Assembly: GCA_024762655.1 (NCBI GenBank)
Contig: JANTHB010000005.1
Location: 403-64,402, forward strand
Direction: 5' to 3'
Length of the DNA: 64,000 nucleotides
Source: Bacteroidales bacterium
GTDB taxonomy: Bacteria; Bacteroidota; Bacteroidia; Bacteroidales; VadinHA17
Made by a program: the position numbers and the translations under genes. Each line of letters starts with the position of its first letter. Position 1 is the stretch's first letter. Positions 35,180 through 44,399 of the stretch are shown piece after piece. Under the pieces are notes generated by a model. The model searched no databases and was not told the origin of the DNA. It saw only the letters and a program-made list of their open reading frames with translations.

Positions 35180-36670
35180 ATGAAGGTATTGATATTGCTT
35201 TTTTCCCTGACGATGGTTTCTTTTTCTTTTCCTGCTGTGAGCATGGCCCAGCAGAAAACAACCCCGGACACTATGGTACGGCAGGATACCCCGCCAGCCT
35301 CTCCTTCCCCGGCACAAAATGCCAAAGGGCTGCTGTCAGGGTCATCACAGGTGGTCTCTACCGATATGGGCGGAGGCTTTACCGTGATCTCCTTTTTACG
35401 GGGGATCCTGGGCATGACGGTGCTGATATTGATCACCTGGCTTTTCAGTGCAAACCGAAAAGCCATTTCATGGAAAGTGGTGTTTACCGGCTTGATTATC
35501 CAGATCCTGCTGGCGGTCAGCATCCTTTATATTCCGGTTGTCCGTATGGCGTTTGAATATACGGGAAAGATTTTTGTCAAGATCCTGGACTTTACCAATG
35601 AAGGCAGTGCTTTTCTGTTCGGGAGTTTACTGGACACTTCACGTTTCGGGTCTATCTTTGCCTTTCAGATACTGCCCACGATCATTTTCTTTTCGGCGCT
35701 CACGTCCCTTTTGTTTTACTGGGGTATTATTCAGATTATTGTCTACGGACTGGCCTGGGCGATGACCAAGGCGCTGAAGCTCTCCGGCGCCGAGAGCCTG
35801 TCGGTGGCCGGAAATATTTTTCTCGGGCAAACCGAATCGCCGTTGATGATCAAGGAATATATACCCTTCATGAACAAATCGGAGATATTGCTGGTGATGA
35901 TCGGAGGCATGGCTACGCTGGCCGGAGGCGTACTGGCTGCTTATATTGGCTTTCTGGGGGGGAGCGACCCGGCACAACGGCTTATTTTTGCCAAACACCT
36001 GCTGGCAGCCTCTGTGATGGCAGCACCGGGGGCTGTTGTCGTATCCAAGATCCTGGTTCCCCAAACCGAGGAGATCAGTTCCAACATCAGCATTACAAAA
36101 GAAAAAGTCGGCAATAACGTTCTTGATGCCATTTCAAACGGTACCATACAGGGACTGAAACTGGCGGCCAATGTCGCTGCGATGCTGCTGGTCTTTCTCG
36201 CCTTTATTGCATTTATCAATTACATTCTTATCAAACTGGGACAGTGGACCGACCTGAATGCCGTGATAGATCATATTACCCGGCATCGGTATCACGAATT
36301 GTCCCTGCAGTTTATTCTAGGATACTTACTCGCTCCCTTAATGTGGTTGATCGGTGTGGCTAAACAGGATATTGCCCTGGTGGGGCAGTTGCTGGGTGAA
36401 AAGATTATTATGACCGAGTTTGTCGGTTATATCAGCCTGGCAAAAATGAAAGCGGATGCTGTCTTTCAGGATCCCAAATCGGTGATCATGGCTACGTATA
36501 TGTTGTGCGGCTTTGCTAATTTTGCTTCCATCGGCATTCAGATCGGCGGGATAGGATCCCTGGCTCCCAACAAACGCTCTTTGTTGGCACGTTACGGGAT
36601 GAAAGCCCTGCTGGGGGGTACCGTAGCTTCCCTGCTGTCTGCCACCATTATTGGTATGATTTTGGGATAA
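35180..36670 (+). CDS. NupC/NupG-type concentrative nucleoside transporter
   Basis: CNT family motifs (GNIFLGQTESPL, GGMATLAGGVLAAY, GFANFASIGIQIGG). The extra N-terminal ~60 aa leave the start uncertain. Confidence 0.8.
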   Translation: MKVLILLFSLTMVSFSFPAVSMAQQKTTPDTMVRQDTPPASPSPAQNAKGLLSGSSQVVSTDMGGGFTVISFLRGILGMTVLILITWLFSANRKAISWKVVFTGLIIQILLAVSILYIPVVRMAFEYTGKIFVKILDFTNEGSAFLFGSLLDTSRFGSIFAFQILPTIIFFSALTSLLFYWGIIQIIVYGLAWAMTKALKLSGAESLSVAGNIFLGQTESPLMIKEYIPFMNKSEILLVMIGGMATLAGGVLAAYIGFLGGSDPAQRLIFAKHLLAASVMAAPGAVVVSKILVPQTEEISSNISITKEKVGNNVLDAISNGTIQGLKLAANVAAMLLVFLAFIAFINYILIKLGQWTDLNAVIDHITRHRYHELSLQFILGYLLAPLMWLIGVAKQDIALVGQLLGEKIIMTEFVGYISLAKMKADAVFQDPKSVIMATYMLCGFANFASIGIQIGGIGSLAPNKRSLLARYGMKALLGGTVASLLSATIIGMILG

Positions 36671-36701
36671 TGCCCTGATAACTATGTAAAACCCCGCTGT
36701 T

Positions 36702-37829
36702 ATGAAAAGAAAAAACATTGTGGTTCTGGGAGCCGGGATGGTGGGTAGCGCCATTGCCAAAGACCTGGCAACAAATCATGAGGTGACCTCCGTGGACGTC
36801 AATGAAGAAGCCCTCCGGGAACTTGAAAAAGAAGATGGGATCCGCACACGTTCTGCCGATCTGTCCGAACCGGGCGTGGTTGAGAAGATCGTGAAAAACT
36901 CCGATCTCGTAGTGGGGGCCGTTCCGGGATTTATGGGATACCGGATCGTACAGCAGGTAATACGCTCAGGGAAAAATATGGTGGATATCTCTTTTTTCCC
37001 GCAGGATCCTTTCAGTCTGGACGAAGAAGCAAGGAAAAACAATGTTTCCATCGTGGTGGACGCAGGCGTAGCACCCGGCATGAGCAATATCTTTCTGGGG
37101 TATTATGCTGCGTACATGGAGGTGGAAAAATATACCTGTTACGTGGGAGGTTTGCCGGTGATCAGGGAATGGCCGTTTGAGTATAAGGCGGTCTTTTCTC
37201 CCATTGATGTGATTGAAGAATACATCCGGCCTGCCAGGTATGTGGAGAACGGGAAACCTGTTGTGAAACCCGCATTATCGGACACCGAACTCCTGGATTT
37301 TCAGGGACTCGGTACCCTGGAGGCCTGGAATTCTGACGGACTGCGTACCTTGCTGAAAACCATGAAGGTGCCGGATATGATCGAGAAGACATTGAGGTAC
37401 CCCGGCACGGTGGAATACCTTAAAGTATTGCGTGAAAGCGGCTTTTTTTCCTATGATGAAATCGACGTGAACGGTAAAAAGATACGTCCTGTGGATGTTA
37501 CGGCCCGCTTGTTGTTCCCGAAATGGAAACTCAAACCCGGCGAGGAAGATTTTACGGTGATGCGGGTGGAGATATCCGGGAAACAAAACGGCCGGAAGAA
37601 AAAATTTGTATACACGCTGCTGGATCGCTATGACCGGGAGAAAAAAATCACCTCTATGGCGCGTACAACAGGATATACCTGTACAGCGCTTGTCAACCTT
37701 ATGCTGAATGGAAAGGTGGAAGGGACCGGAATAATACCGCCTGAAACGGTGGCGGAAAAAGAAGAAAATTTCACGTTTATTCTTCAATATCTGAAAGAGA
37801 GAAACGTTGATTATGTGCCTGGCAATTAA
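36702..37829 (+). CDS. Saccharopine dehydrogenase family oxidoreductase
   Basis: VVLGAGMVGSAIAKDL Rossmann motif, with length and C-terminal domain typical of the Sacchrp_dh family. Confidence 0.7.
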   Translation: MKRKNIVVLGAGMVGSAIAKDLATNHEVTSVDVNEEALRELEKEDGIRTRSADLSEPGVVEKIVKNSDLVVGAVPGFMGYRIVQQVIRSGKNMVDISFFPQDPFSLDEEARKNNVSIVVDAGVAPGMSNIFLGYYAAYMEVEKYTCYVGGLPVIREWPFEYKAVFSPIDVIEEYIRPARYVENGKPVVKPALSDTELLDFQGLGTLEAWNSDGLRTLLKTMKVPDMIEKTLRYPGTVEYLKVLRESGFFSYDEIDVNGKKIRPVDVTARLLFPKWKLKPGEEDFTVMRVEISGKQNGRKKKFVYTLLDRYDREKKITSMARTTGYTCTALVNLMLNGKVEGTGIIPPETVAEKEENFTFILQYLKERNVDYVPGN

Positions 37830-37848
37830 TTAAAACAGTATATTAAAA

Positions 37849-39807
37849 ATGAAACGATTGAAAAAGATAATCCTTCTTCCCGGATTGTTCCTTCTGGTGA
37901 GCTGGCTGGCTCCAGCAAAAGAATATACCCTGCTTTCACCGGATCACCGGATCACTGTGAAAATTCAGGTGAACAACAGGGTAACCTTCGGGGTTTTCAG
38001 AAACGGGAAACAAGTGGTTTCTTCCCCCGGCATATCCATGACGGTGGACGGGGTGGTGATTCCGGTGGAACATGCCCGCGTGAAAAAAGTGTTGCATGCC
38101 CAAAGGGATGAGATCCTGCATCCGGCAGTGCCTGTGAAAAATGCGGCAATACGGAATCAATATAATGAGATCACCTTCAAATTCAGAGGGATTTACGATA
38201 TTATCTTCCGGGTATATAATGACGGGGTTGCCTACCGGTTTGCCATCCATCAACCCGGGTCGGTGGAGGTGGACGATGAGACAGCCCGCCTGGTCTTTCC
38301 CGAAGGAACATCTGCTTTTTATCCGCGCGAGGAGAGTTTTTTCTCACACAATGAACGCAGCTATATCCATTTGGATCTGAAGGATATCCAGTCCGGCGAT
38401 CTGGCCAGCCTGCCTGCCTTGTTCGAAGTGCCGGACGGGCCTGATGTCCTGCTGACAGAATCGGACCTGAACGATTACCCGGGTATGTGGATCATGGGTA
38501 CCGGGAAGAATGAGATCACGGCAACTTTTCCGAAATATCCGGAGAAAACCCAACAGACCTCTGACCGCAATGTGAAACCGGTGGAACGGGCTGATTATCT
38601 GGCTAAAACAATGGGTGAAAGGACTTTTCCCTGGAGGGTGATGATTATTGCGCCCGAAGCCAAAGATCTGCTTGAAAACGAAATGGTATATAAGCTGGCG
38701 GCCCCTCTGAAACTTAAAGATCCTTCCTGGATAAAGCCCGGCCTGGTGGCCTGGGACTGGTGGAACGCCCTGAATGTTTACGGGGTGGACTTCAAATCGG
38801 GGGTGAATACGGAAACCTATAAATATTTTATCGATTTTGCTTCGGCGAATGGCATTCCTTATATCATCTTGGATGAGGGCTGGTACAAACAGGGCAATCT
38901 TCTGGATATTAACCCGGATGTGAACATGGAAGAATTGGTGCGTTATGCCAAAGAAAAACAGGTGGGGATCATTCTGTGGGTGGTGTGGAAGACCCTGGAT
39001 GATCAGATGGAAAAGGCGCTGGATCAGTTTGAGAAATGGGGGATAAAAGGAATCAAGGTGGATTTTATGCAACGGGATGATCAGTGGATGGTGAACTTTT
39101 ATCGCAAAGTAGCGCGTGAAACGGCCAAACGTCATATGCTGGTGGATTTTCACGGGGCCTATAAACCCAGTGGCCTGCGGCGCGAATATCCCAATGTGAT
39201 CAGCCGTGAAGGGGTGAAAGGCATGGAATGGAACAAATGGAGCGAGGAAATCACCCCGGCACATAATGTGACGATCCCCTTTATCCGGATGACGGCAGGC
39301 CCCATGGATTATACCCCGGGTGCCATGGTGAATGCCCATAAAAAAAACTTCTTTGTCTCCTTTGACCGTCCCATGAGCATGACTACCCGGGTTCACCAAC
39401 TGGCTATGTATGTTGTGTATGAAAGCCCTTTGCAGATGCTGGCGGATAATCCTTCCAACTATCTGCGTGAACCGGTGTGCCTGGAGGTTCTGTCACACAT
39501 GCCTGTTACCTGGGATGAAACGCATGCCCTGGCAGGAGAAGTCGGTAAATTTGTCGTGGTGGCCCGCAGAAAAGGAGATACCTGGTATATCGGTGCGATG
39601 AACGGCGACGGCAACCGAACCGTGGAGCTCGATCTCTCTTTCCTGCCGCAAGGAACGTATCAGGCGGAGATATTCAGGGACGGAGTGAATGCAGACCGCT
39701 ATGCCCAGGATTATAAGAAAATAGTGACGACGATTCAAAGCGACCGGAAACTGGCGATTCATATGGCAGACGGTGGCGGTTGGGTAAGCATATTGAAAAA
39801 GAAGTAG
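37849..39807 (+). CDS. GH97 family glycoside hydrolase (alpha-glucosidase-like)
   Basis: A signal peptide, then ILDEGWY, KGIKVDFMQRDDQ, VDFHGAYKPSG, SREGVKGMEW and DYTPGAM, which are GH97 hallmarks. Confidence 0.85.
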   Translation: MKRLKKIILLPGLFLLVSWLAPAKEYTLLSPDHRITVKIQVNNRVTFGVFRNGKQVVSSPGISMTVDGVVIPVEHARVKKVLHAQRDEILHPAVPVKNAAIRNQYNEITFKFRGIYDIIFRVYNDGVAYRFAIHQPGSVEVDDETARLVFPEGTSAFYPREESFFSHNERSYIHLDLKDIQSGDLASLPALFEVPDGPDVLLTESDLNDYPGMWIMGTGKNEITATFPKYPEKTQQTSDRNVKPVERADYLAKTMGERTFPWRVMIIAPEAKDLLENEMVYKLAAPLKLKDPSWIKPGLVAWDWWNALNVYGVDFKSGVNTETYKYFIDFASANGIPYIILDEGWYKQGNLLDINPDVNMEELVRYAKEKQVGIILWVVWKTLDDQMEKALDQFEKWGIKGIKVDFMQRDDQWMVNFYRKVARETAKRHMLVDFHGAYKPSGLRREYPNVISREGVKGMEWNKWSEEITPAHNVTIPFIRMTAGPMDYTPGAMVNAHKKNFFVSFDRPMSMTTRVHQLAMYVVYESPLQMLADNPSNYLREPVCLEVLSHMPVTWDETHALAGEVGKFVVVARRKGDTWYIGAMNGDGNRTVELDLSFLPQGTYQAEIFRDGVNADRYAQDYKKIVTTIQSDRKLAIHMADGGGWVSILKKK

Positions 39808-39812
39808 AATAA

Positions 39813-40080
39813 CTAAAGTTTTGCACTGGATTAAAAAAATTATTTGTCTGGAATATATTATGTTAGTAGAATATAATACTTTGCGGTTCTTTGCGACATC
39901 TTTGCGAATCTTGGCGGAATAGCTGTTACGCGAAGTTACGCAGAGAAAACGCAAAGTTGCGCCAAGTTGCTGTTAATAAAAAAAGGAATCTGCAAAACAT
40001 AGATAATCAATAAAATATAAAGTTGACAAGTTGTTTAGTAAAGTCATTATTAATCAAAAAGCAGAATGTGCGAAACTTTA
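39813..40080 (+). mobile_element. 268-bp MITE-like element, copy A
   Basis: It aligns full-length (by eye ~85 percent in the flanks and 70/70 in the core at 39900-39969) with the reverse complement of 55761-56028. The 13-bp terminal inverted repeats TAAAGTTTTGCAC and GTGCGAAACTTTA match at 12/13. It starts 6 nt after the GH97 stop. Confidence 0.75.
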
Positions 40081-40099
40081 ATAAAATAAAATTTCAGGT

Positions 40100-41437
40100 A
40101 TGAAACGACATGGGTTATGGAGCGGGTTGTTACCGCTCGTGTTTCTGATCTCATGGGCGGAGGCATGGGGTCAGATCCCGGATCCCCGGGTGCGACTGGC
40201 TGAGGATTTTCTGCATCAACTGGCGACGGAGCAATATGACTCGGCGGTGCAACAGTTCGATTCCGTATTAACAGCCAGACTCCCGGCACCCACCCTCCGG
40301 GTGGTGTGGGAAGCCTTGCAGAAACAAGTGGGTTCGTTTCAGCAATATGAGAAATATTTTACCGAGACGCGTGCTCCCTGGTTCACGGTTTTTCTGACCT
40401 GTCGTTTTGAGAAGGCCCTGCTGGACATGAAGCTGGTGTACAACAAGGATCAGAAAATAGCGGGATTGTTTTTTCTTCCTGCAAGGCACCTGGCCTGGCA
40501 TACTCCTCCCTATGCGGATACGGCAAAATTTCATGTCGAACCGGTAGAAATAAGGACAGACAGTGTCGTTTTGCAGGGGGAGCTGACCACCCCGGCAGAT
40601 AAACAGATCTACCCGGTGGTGGTGCTGGTGCATGGTTCCGGGCCCAATGACCGCGATGAGACCGTCGGGCGAGACAAAGTGTTCCGGGATATTGCTTACG
40701 GGCTTTCATCCAACGGTATTGCTGTGTTGCGTTATGATAAACGTACCCTTGTTTACGGACAGAAAATGGACCCGGAACATGTGACGGTATGGGAAGAGAC
40801 CATTGAGGATGCCGTGTCTGCCGTGCGACTGGCTGAAAAAATCCCGGGGGCTTCCGCCGTCTTCCTGCTGGGACATTCACTGGGGGCTTACCTGGCGCCC
40901 CGGATCGCGGAAAAAATCCCGGACCTGACCGGGATGATCCTCCTGGCCGGAAATACACGGCCCCTGGAAGATCTTCTCCTTGAACAAACGACCTATATCC
41001 TGTCGCTGGATGGCTTGTCGGCAGAAGACAGCGCCCGGCTTCAAACATTGAAAGAAAAGATTAACAGGGTGAAAAGCAAATCGCTGAAACCGGATACCCC
41101 CCGTTCCGGACTGCCGTTACAGCTAAATGCCTCCTATTGGCTTGACCTGCGGAATTATGACCCGGTAGCTACGGCTCAGAAATTGAATAAACCCATGCTG
41201 ATCATGCAGGGTGGAAGGGATTATCAGGTGACAAAGAAAGATTTTGAGGGATGGAAAAAAGGCCTGGAAAACCGGGAAAATGTTACTTTCAGATTTTACC
41301 CCGGTCTGAATCACTTGTTTGTAACCGGTGAAGGTAAAAGTACCCCTGATGAATATATGCAGGAAGGCCATGTGTCCGGAAAAGTGATCATGGATATAAC
41401 CGGATGGATAACAAAGTACGATAATGCGATGAAGTGA
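40100..41437 (+). CDS. Secreted alpha/beta hydrolase (Ser nucleophile GHSLG)
   Basis: A signal peptide and an N-terminal ~110-aa accessory domain, then VVVLVHGSGPNDRDE, LLGHSLGA and a C-terminal GLNHLF (His). Confidence 0.7.
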   Translation: MKRHGLWSGLLPLVFLISWAEAWGQIPDPRVRLAEDFLHQLATEQYDSAVQQFDSVLTARLPAPTLRVVWEALQKQVGSFQQYEKYFTETRAPWFTVFLTCRFEKALLDMKLVYNKDQKIAGLFFLPARHLAWHTPPYADTAKFHVEPVEIRTDSVVLQGELTTPADKQIYPVVVLVHGSGPNDRDETVGRDKVFRDIAYGLSSNGIAVLRYDKRTLVYGQKMDPEHVTVWEETIEDAVSAVRLAEKIPGASAVFLLGHSLGAYLAPRIAEKIPDLTGMILLAGNTRPLEDLLLEQTTYILSLDGLSAEDSARLQTLKEKINRVKSKSLKPDTPRSGLPLQLNASYWLDLRNYDPVATAQKLNKPMLIMQGGRDYQVTKKDFEGWKKGLENRENVTFRFYPGLNHLFVTGEGKSTPDEYMQEGHVSGKVIMDITGWITKYDNAMK

Positions 41438-41572
41438 TGAAGCGATGATGCGGTTCCGAAAGACAGTACATGGAAGATTTGCAGATTCACTGTCTGAGGT
41501 GTGGTTTCAGCCTCCATCGGACATCTTGATTTTTTGTTAATAACTATCTTTTTCCGCGAGGGTTGATTTTTT

Positions 41573-41580
41573 TACCTTTG
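41573..41580 (+). promoter_or_regulatory. -7 promoter box TACCTTTG upstream of thyA
   Basis: Exact TAnnTTTG match 47 nt upstream of the ATG at 41627. Confidence 0.5.
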
Positions 41581-41626
41581 TTCCCGGATGATTTTATCCT
41601 GTAATGCAAACCTTAAGGATAAAAAG

Positions 41627-42421
41627 ATGAAGCAATACCTTGCCTTGTGTGATCATGTGCTGAAAAACGGAGTCCGGAAACAGGACCGTACCGGTACCGG
41701 GACCATCAGCGTGTTCGGGTACCAGATGCGTTTTGATCTGGCAGACGGCTTTCCCCTGCTGACCACCAAAAAACTGCATTATAAATCGATACTGTATGAA
41801 CTGCTGTGGTTCCTCCGGGGAGATACCAACATTAAATACCTGAATGAACACGGGGTGAGGATTTGGAATGAATGGGCGGATGAGAATGGTGATCTGGGAC
41901 ATATTTACGGATATCAGTGGCGGTCATGGCCTGCTGCCGGCGGGAAGCATATCGATCAGATTTCACAGGTGGTTGAATCCCTGAAAAACAACCAGGACTC
42001 GCGCAGGCATATTGTCAGCGCCTGGAATGTGAGTGAGCTGGACAACATGGCCCTGCCGCCCTGTCATATTCTTTTTCAGTTTTATGTGGCTGGCGGAAAA
42101 CTCTCCTGCCAGCTATACCAGCGTAGTGCGGATATCTTTTTAGGGGTGCCTTTCAACATTGCTTCTTATTCCCTGTTGCTCCTGATGATGGCACAGGTGA
42201 CCGGATTGAAACCGGGAGAATTTGTCCATACCCTCGGGGATGCACACATTTACCTGAATCATATAGAACAGGTGAAACTGCAGTTGACGCGCAAGCCTTA
42301 TCCGTTGCCATCCATGAAGATCAACCCGGAAAGAAAAAGCATCTTCGATTTTGAATACGAAGACTTTGTGCTGGAAAACTATACCGCCCACCCCCATATT
42401 AAAGGAGAGATATCGGTTTAG
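41627..42421 (+). CDS. thyA: Thymidylate synthase
   Basis: [51 protein letters not shown]; 264 aa from the ATG at 41627. Confidence 0.95.
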   Translation: MKQYLALCDHVLKNGVRKQDRTGTGTISVFGYQMRFDLADGFPLLTTKKLHYKSILYELLWFLRGDTNIKYLNEHGVRIWNEWADENGDLGHIYGYQWRSWPAAGGKHIDQISQVVESLKNNQDSRRHIVSAWNVSELDNMALPPCHILFQFYVAGGKLSCQLYQRSADIFLGVPFNIASYSLLLLMMAQVTGLKPGEFVHTLGDAHIYLNHIEQVKLQLTRKPYPLPSMKINPERKSIFDFEYEDFVLENYTAHPHIKGEISV

Positions 42422-42449
42422 GAACGATGAACGACGAACGATGAACGAC
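42422..42449 (+). repeat. Perfect 14-bp tandem duplication (GAACGATGAACGAC x2) spanning the folA start
   Basis: 42422-35 equals 42436-49. The first ATG (42427) opens a 5-codon ORF, MNDER-stop. The second (42441) opens folA. Confidence 0.9.
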
Positions 42450-42950
42450 GAACCAAGGAATACCATATCCATTATTGTGGCGGTGGCTGAAAATCATGCC
42501 ATAGGAAAAGACAATAAATTGCTGTGGCATATCTCCAATGATCTTAAACGCTTTAAGAAAATCACTTCCGGTCATCCGGTGATCATGGGGAAGAAAACGT
42601 ACGAGTCGCTGCCCGTACGGCCTTTGCCCGGCAGGATGAATATCGTGCTCACCGACGTCCCGGGCGAAAAGATCGAGGGTTGCGAGATGGCTTATTCTCT
42701 TCCCGAAGCAATCGAAAAATGCCCGGAGGGGGAGGAGTGCTTTGTCATGGGGGGAGGGTCTGTGTACCGGCAGTTCCTGCCCATGGCCGATAAGCTTTAC
42801 ATTACAAAAGTTCATCAGACGTTTGAGGCGGATACCTTTTTCCCGGAGATAGATAAAAAACAATGGGAGCTGATTTCCCGAGAAGCGGTACCTGACGATG
42901 ACACGGTACCCTTCGACTATGAATACCTGGTGTACCGGAAAAGAGGCTAA
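42441..42950 (+). CDS. folA: Dihydrofolate reductase
   Basis: ISIIVAVAENHAIGKDNKLLWH...DLKRFKKITSGHPVIMGKKTYES...GGGSVY. The start is at the second copy of the duplicated ATG. Confidence 0.9.
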   Translation: MNDEPRNTISIIVAVAENHAIGKDNKLLWHISNDLKRFKKITSGHPVIMGKKTYESLPVRPLPGRMNIVLTDVPGEKIEGCEMAYSLPEAIEKCPEGEECFVMGGGSVYRQFLPMADKLYITKVHQTFEADTFFPEIDKKQWELISREAVPDDDTVPFDYEYLVYRKRG

Positions 42951-43145
42951 TCCTGTTCACGACGGGAAAACGGGATCAGGTACCGGCCGTCCCGGGAAAA
43001 ACAGTGCCGGATAATCCCCCTGAATCAGGGAAGAACTTTTATCAGGAGCCAATATTGACAATCCTAAAACCCATCCGGAAACTGGCAAAAAAAGTTGGTG
43101 AAGTACCGATATGAGTTTTTTTATACTTCTTCTCTGTAAGCCTCA

Positions 43146-43200
43146 CGCTGATTTCGCTGATCATCGCAGATATTTTCTGCGGAGATCTTCGTAATCTACG
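43146..43200. repeat. Palindromic array of six phased heptamers (CGCWGAT x3, then ATCTNCG x3)
   Basis: CGCTGAT at 43146, CGCTGAT at 43155 and CGCAGAT at 43165. The inverted TTCTGCG at 43175, ATCTTCG at 43185 and ATCTACG at 43194. Spacings are 9, 10 | 10, 9. Confidence 0.75.
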
Positions 43201-43441
43201 TGAAATTCTTGTGCACCGTTGGTGCTTTTGGGAAATATTTCCGGAATGAATGACACAATTTAGATCGGTTTATCCAATAGAAATCACCGATGAGAGGTAA
43301 AATAAATCACTTTTGCATCCTGGCTTCAACTCCAAAAGAATTTTCTTTTTTTAAACCTTTTGCAGAATATGAAATCTAACCAATGAAGTTGAGAAAACTT
43401 TTTTAGATTCGTATGAACAAACAAATTAAAACCGAAAAATT

Positions 43442-44347
43442 ATGAAAACGAGAAAATGGATTTTTATTTTATCAGCGATGGTGGCAGGAGCATTTATATT
43501 CTCTTCCTGTCAGAAAAACAGCACCGCTCCCGGTGTGATAACGCCGGATGATGAGGCTACCGTTTCGGATAATGCCTTGATGGAGAACTTGCTGGATGAC
43601 GCCATGGATGCGGCCGATCAGGCTACCCTGTTGGTGGATGCTTTTATCTTTGATAACGGGGGCAGTACGCTGAAGTCGGCTTCGGGCGTGGTGGTGTCCG
43701 ATTCGTGCCCTACCATAACGGTAGATCATCCCGACTCAACACGCTGGCCCAAAGTTATCACCATCGATTATGGGGATCTGTGTACCGGTTTTTGGGGACA
43801 TACCCGCAGCGGGAAGATTGTGATTACGATCACGGACCGTTATATGAAACCCGGCTCGGAAAGAACGGTTGAACTGGTGAACTATTATTGTAACGGGATT
43901 CATATCGAAGGAACCCGGACGGTTAAAAATGAAGGAAGAAATGAAAATAACAACCTTGTTTTCCGGGTGGAGCTGTCCGGCGGAAAGATCAGCAAGAATG
44001 ATACGGTTTTCATGACCAGGGATTTTGTAAGATACCGTGAATGGGCTGCCGGCGAAGATACCCGGAACCGTTGGGACGACGTATTCTTTATCACCGGAGA
44101 AGCCAATGGGGTTAATTTCAGAGGCCATAGTTATCACAAGGTGATCACTTCCCCGCTGGAATGGGCAAGAAGCTGCCGTTTTGTAAAGAGCGGCACGGTA
44201 TCCATCACCATTGATGACCGTCCTCCGGTGATCCTGGATTACGGCGATGGCACCTGTGACAACCTTGCCACCCTGACCCGGGGAGATAACACCAAGGAAA
44301 TAGAACTGGGATATCACCGCAAAACGTGCAGTAAATGCAGTAATTAG
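43442..44347 (+). CDS. Hypothetical lipoprotein
   Basis: Signal peptide plus lipobox (FIFSSCQKN). 301 aa, several Cys, and no family I recognise. Confidence 0.55.
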   Translation: MKTRKWIFILSAMVAGAFIFSSCQKNSTAPGVITPDDEATVSDNALMENLLDDAMDAADQATLLVDAFIFDNGGSTLKSASGVVVSDSCPTITVDHPDSTRWPKVITIDYGDLCTGFWGHTRSGKIVITITDRYMKPGSERTVELVNYYCNGIHIEGTRTVKNEGRNENNNLVFRVELSGGKISKNDTVFMTRDFVRYREWAAGEDTRNRWDDVFFITGEANGVNFRGHSYHKVITSPLEWARSCRFVKSGTVSITIDDRPPVILDYGDGTCDNLATLTRGDNTKEIELGYHRKTCSKCSN

Positions 44348-44365
44348 TACTTAACCAGGTTTGAA

Positions 44366-44399
44366 GAAACCCGCCCGGAATTCAGGGCGGGTTTTTTTA
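44366..44399. terminator. Bidirectional intrinsic terminator between the lipoprotein gene and trpA
   Basis: AAACCCGCCC (44367-76) pairs with GGGCGGGTTT (44385-94). The loop is GGAATTCA, with a T-run after and an A-run before. Confidence 0.8.

Noticed and set aside
39493-39954. ORFs with similar N-termini, MRFLCVTSRNSYSAKIRK(D/E)VAKNRK..., at 39493-39954 (minus) and 55887-56219 (plus). This suggested a duplicated small gene.
   Set aside because: The similarity is simply the MITE-like repeat read in one frame. The start is a non-ATG codon inside the repeat core. The differences between the copies are mostly non-synonymous (D/E, V/A, S/C, R/K, I/N, C/Y, K/E, T/A). The ORFs then run out of the repeat into unrelated antisense sequence.
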